Notes: a model not told the origin generated them from the letters alone. A DNA stretch of 64,000 bases from an uncultured Bacteriovoracaceae bacterium (GCA_964536965.1 CAZIAL010000004.1:6614-70613), one strand, 5' to 3'; positions 55,641-64,000 are shown, counted from the stretch's first letter. Made by a program: numbers and translations.

Positions 55641-56312
55641 ATGCGAAAAAATCCGAGTTCTATTCTGTTGGTCCCGATGTTTTTGGTTCTAGCCGCATGT
55701 AGCGCAAAACAGGAAGGCGCCGACTTCGGTTCGCTCTTCCAAACCAACCCTCCGGCGTCGAGCCATTGTCCGGCGAATTACGCACCGATTTCGATCGAGG
55801 GGGCGGGGACGGTCACGAGCTTCGACGAGGTATTGGCGAACGGCGATCTTCGATATGCGGTCGCGGAAACCTACTTCCAGATCGCCGAGTCGGGGCAGGT
55901 GATCGCCCAAGGGCATGTCGTCGATGCGAGCGGGACTTCGCCGACCTGGAAATGTTCGAACTCCAGTCCGCGGCTTCCGGGGTATTCCGCCGAGGTGAAT
56001 ATGAATCTTCCCGTGACGATCGACCGCACGGGTACGGGATTCGATTCCGTGGTGCATGGCTATGCGCTCGAACTTTTCGACGGCTCTCCCGGCATGATGC
56101 TGATGACCAATACCTCGGGAGAACGGACCCCGATTTCCCCGGCACAGCTGCTCGGACTCCAGGACGTGACCGAGTACCGCGTTTATCGACTGGCTGACGG
56201 AAGCGTCGAAATCCGGCTCCGCCGCGAGGCCGCGCTGTCGGCGACCGGAGTGGCGATGACGACAGCGTTCGTTCGTTATACCTCCGCGCCTCGAGTCGGG
56301 AGCGGCCAATGA
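55641..56312 (+). CDS. lipoprotein, unknown function
   Basis: ATG at 55641 after AGAGGAG, with lipobox FLVLAAC. Confidence 0.7.
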   Translation: MRKNPSSILLVPMFLVLAACSAKQEGADFGSLFQTNPPASSHCPANYAPISIEGAGTVTSFDEVLANGDLRYAVAETYFQIAESGQVIAQGHVVDASGTSPTWKCSNSSPRLPGYSAEVNMNLPVTIDRTGTGFDSVVHGYALELFDGSPGMMLMTNTSGERTPISPAQLLGLQDVTEYRVYRLADGSVEIRLRREAALSATGVAMTTAFVRYTSAPRVGSGQ

Positions 56313-57088
56313 GACCGGCGAATTCTCTCGTTTCGGCTTTTGGTGCCGGAGCCTGTCTCTTCTTCGTCTCGGGATGTTCCACGATGAGCGTGGACAAGGC
56401 GAAGGTCGGGGAAGTGAAGCAAGTTTCGCTCGTCGGATTCGATCTCCAGCAGCAGATGCCGCCGTCGCTCGCCGGAGTCGTACTCGGGACGGAAACCCCA
56501 TCGGACGGGGGACTTCGCGTCGCAGGTTGTGAAAACACGACGAGCGCGGCGGAGGTGCTGAAAGACCTGGGGCGGACGCTCGCGGAAGATATGAAGTGGA
56601 AGGTGATTCCTTCTTCGACCGTGACTTCGAACGCGGTTTATCGCGAAGTGTACGAGACCTACACCAAAGGCTTCCAGCTCAAGCACCCGACCCCGGACGG
56701 ATTCCGCTGCTACACGGACAGCGGAATTCTCGACCCATTTTCGATCCAGAAAATGGATATGACGAAACGACGGGAGCTTCTGCAGGCCTTGGGAGTCGAT
56801 GCCCTGGCGACCGCGACGGTCGAAGTGCGCCTCGAGAATCAGAGTTTCCTGAAGAAGCTCGTCGCGAGCGGGGATCTGGCTTCGGTCGCCGTCGTGAAGT
56901 TTCGACTCTATAACGGAACGGACGAGGATCCGTTCTGGGTGGACGTCAACGCGAAGGGCGAAGAGACCCAGGAAACAACCTCGTATACGGTCGGTGTTTT
57001 CGAGGAAAAGCCTTTGCATGAACAAGCGGTGAAAGCGGCCCGGACCGCGATCCAGGCGCTCGTGGTCAGGTATCGGGAGGCGGGGTAG
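56309..57088 (+). CDS. lipoprotein, unknown function
   Basis: ATGA overlap with the previous gene, with lipobox FFVSGC. Confidence 0.7.
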   Translation: MRPANSLVSAFGAGACLFFVSGCSTMSVDKAKVGEVKQVSLVGFDLQQQMPPSLAGVVLGTETPSDGGLRVAGCENTTSAAEVLKDLGRTLAEDMKWKVIPSSTVTSNAVYREVYETYTKGFQLKHPTPDGFRCYTDSGILDPFSIQKMDMTKRRELLQALGVDALATATVEVRLENQSFLKKLVASGDLASVAVVKFRLYNGTDEDPFWVDVNAKGEETQETTSYTVGVFEEKPLHEQAVKAARTAIQALVVRYREAG

Positions 57089-57123
57089 CCCCCACCTGTC
57101 GGTGGCCTAAACATGAACGAGGA

Positions 57124-57155
57124 GGGGGAGCGGTAAATCCGCCCCCCTTTTTTTT
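57124..57155 (+). terminator. rho-independent terminator
   Basis: GGGGGAGCGG-taaat-CCGCCCCCC followed by T8. Confidence 0.85.
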
Positions 57156-57167
57156 CTGGCCGCGGTC

Positions 57168-57208
57168 TTGACGGATTCATATTGTTCTATTATTCTAGAA
57201 ATATGGAA
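57168..57208 (+). promoter_or_regulatory. sigma-70-type promoter plus inverted repeat; predicts leaderless arsR
   Basis: TTGACG (57168-57173), a 17-nt spacer, then TATTCT (57191-57196). The ATG at 57203 is 7 nt after the -10 box. The inverted repeat CATATT-N16-AATATG and the palindrome TTCTAGAA overlap it. Confidence 0.5.
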
Positions 57209-57547
57209 GTATATACCGCGCTCGAAGCCTTCTCATCGCTCTCCCAGGAAACACGGCTGCGGGTCTTTAAGCTTCTGATTGAATACGGTCGAGATGGCCT
57301 GGTGCCGGGGAAAATCGCCGCGGACCTGGAGATCCCCGACAATACGCTTTCCTTCCACCTTTCCCACATGGCCCGGGCGGGCCTGGTGACCTCTCGGAAA
57401 GAGGGGCGGTCGATCACCTATTTCGCGCAAACCGACCTGATCGAGGATCTCATCGGTTTTCTGGCGAAGAACTGCTGCGCGAAAGAAAAAGCGTCGCGGT
57501 CGAAAGCGAAGTCCAAGTCGAAATCCTGCAACGAAAAGGAGTGCTGA
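57203..57547 (+). CDS. arsR: ArsR/SmtB family metalloregulator
   Basis: Motifs seen: LSQETRLRVFKLLIE...LSFHLSHMARAGLV and a C-terminal Cys cluster NCCAKEK...SCNEKEC. Confidence 0.88.
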   Translation: MEVYTALEAFSSLSQETRLRVFKLLIEYGRDGLVPGKIAADLEIPDNTLSFHLSHMARAGLVTSRKEGRSITYFAQTDLIEDLIGFLAKNCCAKEKASRSKAKSKSKSCNEKEC

Positions 57548-57548
57548 G

Positions 57549-58004
57549 ATGAAAAGGTTTCATGTCCATGTCGGTGTGAAGGATCTACAGGCCTCGGTCC
57601 AGTTCTACTCGACGCTTTTCGGGCAACGTCCAGCGAAACTGAAAGAAGATTACGCGAAATGGATGCTAGAAGATCCGCGGATCAATTTCGCGATTTCGAC
57701 GCGCCCCCAGGAATCTGGAGTCGATCATGTCGGGATTCAGGTCGAGAGCGCGGAAGAGCTTTCCGAAATCACGGAGCGGCTGAAAAAGGCGGATCTCGGC
57801 GTATTCGACGAAGGGGAAACGACGTGCTGTTACGCCGAATCGAACAAGGCTTGGGTGCAGGATCCGTCCGGACTCGCCTGGGAAGCGTACCAGACGATGA
57901 ACGACGCCGAGGTTTTCAGCGCGGAGAAACCGGTGGAAGAGGAGAACACCTGCTGTGTTCCCGAAACAGAGTCGGATGACGAATCGAAGTCTTCCTGCTG
58001 CTGA
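57549..58004 (+). CDS. arsI: ArsI/CadI-family VOC metalloenzyme (C-As lyase-like)
   Basis: Motifs seen: HVHVGVKDLQASVQFYSTLFG, DYAKWMLEDPRINFAIS, HVGIQVES, the vicinal cysteines TTCCYA, DPSGLAWE and a C-terminal CC. Confidence 0.85.
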   Translation: MKRFHVHVGVKDLQASVQFYSTLFGQRPAKLKEDYAKWMLEDPRINFAISTRPQESGVDHVGIQVESAEELSEITERLKKADLGVFDEGETTCCYAESNKAWVQDPSGLAWEAYQTMNDAEVFSAEKPVEEENTCCVPETESDDESKSSCC

Positions 58005-58072
58005 GCCCTCGGCATGGAAAAGAAGCTCGGTTTATTACCTAAGTCCCGGCTGCTGGAATGGCTCGGTTCGCT

Positions 58073-58597
58073 CTAGAAGTAGTAGCGGATACCGAGGCCG
58101 CCCTCGAAGAACGCGTCGGTCGCCGGAGCGAGCGCGATGCCCGGCACGAGTTCGAGGAAGACTCCGAGGGGAGCTTTCGACGGGATCCATTCGATACCGA
58201 GGGGGACGCGTACGCCAAGCCCCAGGGTATCCCGCTCGCGTCCGAAAAAGTGGCGATCCCGATCGAGGCGCCGGTCATTCGCAAAGGCGAGGACGCCCCC
58301 GATGCCGACGTAGGGAGTGAGTTCCGTCACGAACGCGCTCGAGCGACCGAACGCGCCGGGGAAGTGGAAGAGATAGTCGGAGAAAATCAGGAAGTAATCG
58401 TTAAACGAGAACGAAAGCCCGAAGTCGAGGGCATGTTTTTGGTCGAGCCAGAGCTTCGCGCTGAGACCGGTGGGTTCCCCGATCACGATCCCGAGACCAA
58501 ATGGACCGGGTGTATTCGCCGTCGCGGCGGTGGAAAGTCCGAGCGACAGGGCGAGGACGGCGCCTAGGCGTGAAAACGAGTTCATCAGTATTTTCAT
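58073..58597 (-). CDS. small outer-membrane beta-barrel protein
   Basis: Signal MKILMNSFSRLGAVLALSLGLSTAATA, alternating strands, and a terminal GGLGIRYYF. Confidence 0.7.
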   Translation of the reverse strand: MKILMNSFSRLGAVLALSLGLSTAATANTPGPFGLGIVIGEPTGLSAKLWLDQKHALDFGLSFSFNDYFLIFSDYLFHFPGAFGRSSAFVTELTPYVGIGGVLAFANDRRLDRDRHFFGRERDTLGLGVRVPLGIEWIPSKAPLGVFLELVPGIALAPATDAFFEGGLGIRYYF

Positions 58598-58689
58598 AGA
58601 AGAGGTCTCCGGAAGGGTAGGGAGATCCATCTTCGTTCTTCGGAAAAAAGGTGCAACCTATTTTTCTGTTTTCGTCGGCAATCCTGTAT

Positions 58690-61600
58690 CTATGGATTGA
58701 GATACTCGGCGACGCCCCCGATCCCGTTTTGTTGGTAGGGGAAAATCAAGCTGTTTCGGGAGGCGCTGTAAATCATCCCCCGTCCTGCGCAAGCCATCGT
58801 CGAAATGGGCCAGTTTAAAACGGTGTTGGTCGTGGTGGTTACGTTGTACTTGTTCAGGACTCGAGTGTCCTGGTTGCAGTAGTAGATGATATTATTGCCC
58901 GCATCGTGCCGATAGGCGAAAGACTGGGCCGGGTTCGGCAAGGTGGCGACGGTGCCGATGGCGCCGCCCACCGTCTGGGTGCGAATCGAGTAGGGGCTGT
59001 GTTCGGAGGCGAATACCCATCGACTCGAGAAGCTATCCCAGGTGGCCCCCATTCGGATTTCTGAAACCTGGGTGGACGCGCTTGGCGTGCCATCTCCCGA
59101 AATCGTGTATCCCAACGGACCGGTTACGCCCGCGACATGGGCTTGGACCCCGGTCGTCGTAGAATAAGTCTTTAGAAATACGTCGCCCGACTGGGTGCCG
59201 AGCCAACGCGATTTGGAAACGAGGAGTTGCCCGATGCCGTCGAATCCGATGACGTAGGGGATGAAGCTGCTATAGAGGTTGATCTGGTTCCCTGCTTTAG
59301 TATCGGCGGTCGCGCTATAATAAAGATCGGCGCCGCCGCCGACGATGTCTTCCCAGAGTCCGCTGCCCCGGTCGATCTTCGACAATCGACTGACCGTACG
59401 ACCGGCGCAGTAAACGGTCCCGGAGGTTGGATCGACCTGAATGAAAACGGGATTGATCCGCGAGTTTTCGTTATAAGAAATCGGCTGCGACGCAGCCGGA
59501 TTCACGGTATCCGGGAAGCCGTGGGAACCGTTTCCGGCGATGGTTTGGATCGTTCCGTCGAGGGCGAATTCGCGGATGCGGAATTGGCTCGCATCGGAGA
59601 ATACGATTTTATCGGTGCCTAAATCGTTCCAGATTTGCACGTCGTGGACGTCACCGAGTCGGGCGGACGTCGCTGGGCTTCCGTCCCCCGCAGCGAATCC
59701 CGAACCCATGACGGTCTGGACCTGTCCGGATTGGTCGATCGTCCGGATTCTTCCGCGCTCGAGGTAGTAGATCTGCCCGGTCGCGTCCGCGTACACATCG
59801 GACACGTCTATCGGGCAGTTCGCGGCTAATGTCCCGTCGGCGCAGCTGCCATTGTTTCCGTTGCCGAGAATCGAAGAGAAGCTGTGGGTCACCGGATCGA
59901 GTTTGTATACTCGATTATCGTTTCGGCTAAATTCGTAGAGGGCTCCGTTTCCCCCGATGGTTCGACCGGAGACGTAGTTGACGTTTCCCGGATAGGGTGC
60001 CGCGACCTGCAGCGGGCTCCCCGCCAGAAAAGTGCGGTACCGACCGTTGTCGACCGATGGGCACGGGCCGGTATCGTGGAGAAGGTCGAGGGTAATCGAA
60101 GTGAGGGAGCTCGTGACGGGATCGTAGCTCGCGCCGATTCCATCCACGGTGCAGAGAGTGATGTCTTGGCCCGCACTATAGGCCGTGCCGGTTCCGGAAA
60201 AAGTAAGCGTACTCACTTCTCCCGCGCCGGCGGCCGCATCGGGATCGTAAACCCGAAAGGCGGGGGCGCTCGCCAGAGTCGCGGCCTGGACATTCTGGAT
60301 ATAGATCTTTCCGTCGGGCGTCGAAAAAAGCAGTTGCACTCGCTCCGCGGCGGAAATCGTAGGGAGCTGGACGGCGAGCGGAGTTTCGACGGCGGCGGTG
60401 GAGCCCCCGCCGCCGATGATCGTCGTCAGGGTATTCAGCGCGGGATCATAGCGCCGGATGCGATCATAGTCGTAGATCAGCACGCGCCCCGCGGAGTCGA
60501 GCGCGAGCCGAACGGGGCGACGGAGAGTGGCCACCCCGGGTACGGCGCCATCAGTAATCACGCCGGACCGTGGGACGAGAAGTTCCTGGATGCCGGTGCT
60601 GGGGTTTATCCGGAGGAGTCCGCGATTCGCGTCGTTGAAGTAAACGACTCCCGCAGTCGATACGACAAAGCTTTGGGGGAAGAGCGAACTGCCGAACGAA
60701 TTTTGGGTCGTGAACACCGCCGCTTCGGCGGATCCACCCGTTCCCGGATCGGTCGAACCGGCGAGTTCGCGGAGGGTGGTGCCCACGTTCAAACCCGAGG
60801 TGCTTCGATAGGAAAGGCGGCCGTTCGTGTCGAGCGCGCCCACCCGAATTCGGTAATAAGAACTGGTGGGTGAACTCGCCGTCCAGGTGTAACAGCCCGT
60901 TTCGGTGCCTGCGAGCGTGCAGCCCGCGCCTTGGGTGTTCGCAATATTCGCGACGATCGGAGTATAGTTCGAATCATCCGTGGTATAAAAAATCGAAATC
61001 GGAGTGGCTGTGAGCGTTCCCGCACTGCTCGCGTCCCATTTTATGTACACGGTACTGCCCAGCGGAGCCGCGAGGTTGATCGCAACGTCGGAGGACGACG
61101 CGGTCACGCCAGACAGAACTGGAGGGGGGACGGGGGTGAAGGTGACCGAGTCGAGATCCTGTTCCGAAGTTCCCGCTCCCGCGTTGGTCAACGAAGAAAT
61201 CAGGCCTGCTTCGTTCTTCGCCCAAGCGTAGACGGAATAGGCGCCGCCGGCGAAGCCCAAGCGGAAATTCGTATTCGGGGCGAAATTCTGCGTCGGTGCG
61301 ATGGCGACCCAGCACGGATCCGCGGCGAGCGGCGCGACCGAAGAGTTGTATTTCAAGCAATAAGCATTCACCTTCGCGGCGTCGTCGGTGACGTTAAAAG
61401 TGATGGAAACGTAATTGCTCAGAGTGGTTGCGACTCCCGAGTTCACGGACATCTGGGAGGAAGCGAAGACAGGCGCAGTCGTGTCGAGAGCGAAATCGGA
61501 GTTAGAGCCTCCATATCCTTGGTTTCCCAGCAGATCGTAGGCGGCCACGCGGATGCGGGCACGGGCGGTGTCGATGGCGGGCGAGTTCCAAACGTAGCTT

Positions 61601-61968
61601 CCGTCGTTCGATTCGCCGCCCGCGATCAGAGTCCAAGAAATTTCTCCGTCTAGCGAGTAGTACAGAGAAATCGAATCGGGCCTGATTCCGTCGACGTCCG
61701 TGGCGGTCCATGTAATCGTCGTGGCGGTACCTCCGACGAGCGCGTCTCCGCCCAGATGGGAGGTGAGAGCAACGACGGGTGAAGAAGCATTCAGAGGCTC
61801 GAAAAGGTCGGAATTCAGCACCGAGGACGAGGACATGCGGAGGGCCCGAATTTTTACGGAACAACCCAGAAATAGCGTCACGAGGCAAATCGCCGCGAGG
61901 TGCGGGATCACCCGGAAAAGGAAGCCGATGGTTGGTCGAAAACGTTCGATTTCTAACATACGTCCCAC
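58690..61968 (-). CDS. large lipoprotein with Ig-like modules and NHL/beta-propeller-like repeats
   Basis: 1092 aa with lipobox LFLGCS. Two modules of the type TITWTATD...SLYYSLDGEISW...GSYVWNSP...RIRVAAYDLLGN are followed by many Gly-rich strand repeats (GQIYYLERGRIRTID and similar). Confidence 0.8.
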   Translation of the reverse strand: MGRMLEIERFRPTIGFLFRVIPHLAAICLVTLFLGCSVKIRALRMSSSSVLNSDLFEPLNASSPVVALTSHLGGDALVGGTATTITWTATDVDGIRPDSISLYYSLDGEISWTLIAGGESNDGSYVWNSPAIDTARARIRVAAYDLLGNQGYGGSNSDFALDTTAPVFASSQMSVNSGVATTLSNYVSITFNVTDDAAKVNAYCLKYNSSVAPLAADPCWVAIAPTQNFAPNTNFRLGFAGGAYSVYAWAKNEAGLISSLTNAGAGTSEQDLDSVTFTPVPPPVLSGVTASSSDVAINLAAPLGSTVYIKWDASSAGTLTATPISIFYTTDDSNYTPIVANIANTQGAGCTLAGTETGCYTWTASSPTSSYYRIRVGALDTNGRLSYRSTSGLNVGTTLRELAGSTDPGTGGSAEAAVFTTQNSFGSSLFPQSFVVSTAGVVYFNDANRGLLRINPSTGIQELLVPRSGVITDGAVPGVATLRRPVRLALDSAGRVLIYDYDRIRRYDPALNTLTTIIGGGGSTAAVETPLAVQLPTISAAERVQLLFSTPDGKIYIQNVQAATLASAPAFRVYDPDAAAGAGEVSTLTFSGTGTAYSAGQDITLCTVDGIGASYDPVTSSLTSITLDLLHDTGPCPSVDNGRYRTFLAGSPLQVAAPYPGNVNYVSGRTIGGNGALYEFSRNDNRVYKLDPVTHSFSSILGNGNNGSCADGTLAANCPIDVSDVYADATGQIYYLERGRIRTIDQSGQVQTVMGSGFAAGDGSPATSARLGDVHDVQIWNDLGTDKIVFSDASQFRIREFALDGTIQTIAGNGSHGFPDTVNPAASQPISYNENSRINPVFIQVDPTSGTVYCAGRTVSRLSKIDRGSGLWEDIVGGGADLYYSATADTKAGNQINLYSSFIPYVIGFDGIGQLLVSKSRWLGTQSGDVFLKTYSTTTGVQAHVAGVTGPLGYTISGDGTPSASTQVSEIRMGATWDSFSSRWVFASEHSPYSIRTQTVGGAIGTVATLPNPAQSFAYRHDAGNNIIYYCNQDTRVLNKYNVTTTTNTVLNWPISTMACAGRGMIYSASRNSLIFPYQQNGIGGVAEYLNP

Positions 61969-62123
61969 TTAAATCGCCTAATAAGATATATTCGCAAGAT
62001 GGCGCGGGTAAATCTAGTGGGTCGAATGGGACCCCCCAGGTGGAAACTTGTCCGCTGGTTATGAACAGTTTAGGAGCCGAATCGCAGCGAAGATGTCGTT
62101 CCTGATCTCCAGAAAATCTCACG

Positions 62124-63582
62124 GGGCCGCGTCCCGTTAGTGGTGGAAATTTAAAAGAGGGTTTTCCAAGATGGGGTTGAACAAACCAACCATCAACAAT
62201 CTTCTGCGGTTAGCGCCACGAAAGACCAAAGGAAAACCCTCTCATGAAGAAAAGCATTACCGAAAAACTGTCCGCGCAGCTACCCGTTCCTGAAACTCTC
62301 GCCCTAGGAAACGCGTCGCTGATGGAGATCCTTCGTCACGGAGCGACATCGCTTCTGAAGACCGCCATCGAGCAGGAAATCACGGCGCACCTCGGTCGAG
62401 CTCGTTACGCGCACTCAGCAGTCGACGGTGAGTCGAAAGGTTACCGAAACGGCTACCGAGAAGCCCGAATCGACACGCCTTCGGGAGCGATCGTTTACGA
62501 TCGGCAGCGGCTGGCCGGCGATCCCGAGTTCAAATCGAAAATTCGCCGGCCCCATATGCGGCGGCCCGAGGAATTTGATGCTGCGGTGGCCGAGATGTAC
62601 GTCTCGGGCGTGTCGACGAGAAAAGTGAAGAAAGCGCTCCGCGCGGTTGCGGGTGATGACCTCCGCATGAGCCGCTCGACAGTGTCGCGAATCACGGAGC
62701 GGCTTCGCGCCGAATTCCGGGAGTGGAAGAAACGTGATCTCTCGGACCTAAAAGCCGCGTACGTCTTCGTCGACGCGATCCGGATCGGAATGCGGTTCGA
62801 GCGCACCCGGAAACAGGCCGTGCTCGTTGCCTACGCGACGCTGGAGTGCGGAAAATTCGAGACGATATCGATCGGCCTCGGAAACGAGGAGAGCAGCGAC
62901 GTGTGGGAGAAGTTCATCGCTGACATGAAACTCCGAGGGCTGAAGGATCCGATCCTGGTCGTCTCCGACGGGAACCCCGGCCTCATCGGCGCGATCGAAA
63001 GATATTTCCCGACTGCGTACCGTCAGCGCTGCGTGAAACATAAAGTCGATAACGTGATGGACTCGATCCCGAAGGAAAAATACGCCGAGGTTCGTCCGAA
63101 GCTTTCTCGGATTTTCTTCGGATCGACGAGCCTCGAGCAGGCGAAAACGGCTCTGGAAAAGTTTGTCCGGGAATACCGGAAAATTTACCCCCAGGCGGTC
63201 TCCCGGCTGTTAAACGACGTCGATCAAGCGCTGACTTTTTATCTCTTCCCGTCCGCGCATTGGCGCCGGATTCGGACGAGCAATAAACTCGAGCGGATGA
63301 ACTTGGAGATTCGGAGACGGCTGAACGTCATCGGCCGTCATCCCTCCGAAGAAGGTTGCCTTGCGCTCGTTTATCAAACGACAAAACGTCATGCCGAGAG
63401 ACAAAAGGCGTTCGGGAATGGAGATCTCGTGAAGAAACTTTGGGATCGCCTTCGAACCCAGAAGCTCGAGATGATTGCGCAGCTCGAACTTCCACTTGTC
63501 GATCAGGCGGCGTAAGAGTATTCACCCGATGCTCCCTCTGGGAAGACCTTCGAAAGTTTCCACCATTCTCGGGACGCGGCCC
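62124..63582 (+). mobile_element. IS256-family insertion sequence (~1.46 kb)
   Basis: Imperfect terminal inverted repeats: left GGGCCGCGTCCCGTTAGTGGTGGAAATTT, and right (reverse complement) GGGCCGCGTCCCGAGAATGGTGGAAACTTT. It carries a single Mutator-type transposase gene. Confidence 0.85.
62244..63515 (+). CDS. IS256-family (Mutator-type) transposase
   Basis: 423 aa. Motifs seen: YVSGVSTRKV, VFVDAIRI, WEKFIADMKLRGLKDPILVVSDGNPGLIGAIERYFPTAYRQRCVKHK and IRTSNKLERMN. Confidence 0.92.
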   Translation: MKKSITEKLSAQLPVPETLALGNASLMEILRHGATSLLKTAIEQEITAHLGRARYAHSAVDGESKGYRNGYREARIDTPSGAIVYDRQRLAGDPEFKSKIRRPHMRRPEEFDAAVAEMYVSGVSTRKVKKALRAVAGDDLRMSRSTVSRITERLRAEFREWKKRDLSDLKAAYVFVDAIRIGMRFERTRKQAVLVAYATLECGKFETISIGLGNEESSDVWEKFIADMKLRGLKDPILVVSDGNPGLIGAIERYFPTAYRQRCVKHKVDNVMDSIPKEKYAEVRPKLSRIFFGSTSLEQAKTALEKFVREYRKIYPQAVSRLLNDVDQALTFYLFPSAHWRRIRTSNKLERMNLEIRRRLNVIGRHPSEEGCLALVYQTTKRHAERQKAFGNGDLVKKLWDRLRTQKLEMIAQLELPLVDQAA

Positions 63583-64000
63583 TCGGCGCGGCCCGGGTGC
63601 GGGTGTATCGGAACCCTCCTTACACCCAATGGTATAGTCACCGGAGATAGCGGAGACATCTATTATTCGCGAAGAAACCTCACCTGTTACATAAATAATG
63701 CCGCCCCGGGTGCCAGTGGAACCGGCTGGGTTACTGCAAACACTGCAAGCCAGGCCCAACGCCAAGTTATGGGCTCAAGTCAACCCGGCCTACCGCCATT
63801 TGCCATGATTGATCAGGAAAAGAGCCAACACATTTGCAGTGGGCTCACCGTCGCGGGGATTGCGGGTACCAAGCGTTTGCTGCGTAGGAAGGAGCATTTC
63901 GCCGTCGCCGCATGGGATGCAAGCTTAAGTGATGCAACGATCACCACGATGGAAATCGGGACCAGTCTTGACTCCACCTTTCACTGCAATTCAAGCTACG
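63583..64000 (+). CDS. partial ORF open to the window end, probably 5'-truncated by the IS
   Basis: My own translation is stop-free in one plus-strand frame from 63475 to 64000 (...NGIVTGDSGDIYYSRRNLTCYINNAAPGASGTGWVTAN...ICSGLTVAGIAGT...). All three minus-strand frames contain stops here. It is absent from the ORF track because it is incomplete. Confidence 0.4.

Noticed and set aside
61502-62122. ORFs 61502..62122 (-) and 61779..62105 (+), bridging the large lipoprotein gene start and the IS left flank.
   Set aside because: They have Arg-rich, low-complexity translations that overlap the well-supported 58690..61968 gene or its upstream region, and no motifs.
63328-63765. Minus-strand ORF of 145 aa with a protein-like stretch (GGIIYVTGEVSSRIIDVSAISGDYTIG).
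   Set aside because: It begins at a TTG three codons after an in-frame stop at 63775-63777. It crosses the IS right inverted repeat into the transposase 3' end. The opposite (plus) frame is open for the whole region and looks like the real coding frame.
1-64000. A search for CRISPR arrays, tRNA/rRNA genes, tandem DNA repeats and prophage or defence-island hallmarks.
   Set aside because: I saw no regularly spaced direct repeats, no cloverleaf-like or rRNA-like segments, and no restriction, abortive-infection or toxin-antitoxin-type gene pairs. By-eye scanning cannot exclude small ncRNAs.

Overview
This is a GC-rich, gene-dense chromosomal window from a diderm (Gram-negative-type) bacterium. 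Supporting that call are an Lpt machinery gene set, a TolC-like outer-membrane factor, an RND pump and many lipobox and Sec/Tat signals. By eye GC is around 60%, falling to about 50% after 63.6 kb. I support about 65 protein-coding genes and found no rRNA, tRNA or CRISPR array.

Housekeeping blocks:
- lptC/A-lptB-rpoN-hpf.
- rpsU-yqeY-dnaG-rpoD (the macromolecular synthesis operon), followed by an rsmF-like gene.
- A nucleotide-salvage trio, tdk / UPRT-like / hpt.
- A five-gene mevalonate-pathway operon: fni, class II HMG-CoA reductase, phosphomevalonate kinase, diphosphomevalonate decarboxylase and mevalonate kinase.
- A GldA/F/G-like ABC operon with DUF4340 and Yip1-like genes.
- An SPFH/NfeD pair, an alpha-amylase, rimK, nrnA and arsR-arsI.

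Most interesting regions:
1. A six-gene periplasmic cluster at 36.7-43.1 kb. It combines small secreted proteins and lipoproteins carrying CxxCH motifs (planctomycete PSCyt/PSD-like), a Tat-exported DUF1501-like protein, a signal-less ApbE flavin transferase and a secreted FMN-binding-domain protein.
2. A translationally coupled OMF-RND operon with no recognisable membrane-fusion protein. An unknown Cys-containing secreted protein follows the pump instead.
3. A GHMP sugar kinase / DUF429-like / OppBC permease operon with no ATPase or binding protein.
4. A near-consensus sigma-54 promoter in front of a small tandem-repeat secreted protein.
5. An IS256-family element at 62.1-63.6 kb with no target-site duplication. 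A stop-free reading frame runs out of its right end into lower-GC DNA.

The many long antisense ORFs in the track are high-GC shadow ORFs. The mevalonate pathway, the TIGR02147-like HTH and the PSCyt-like domains fit a Bdellovibrionota/Myxococcota-like lineage, but that is inference only. All family assignments are from motif recognition by eye, and no searches were run.
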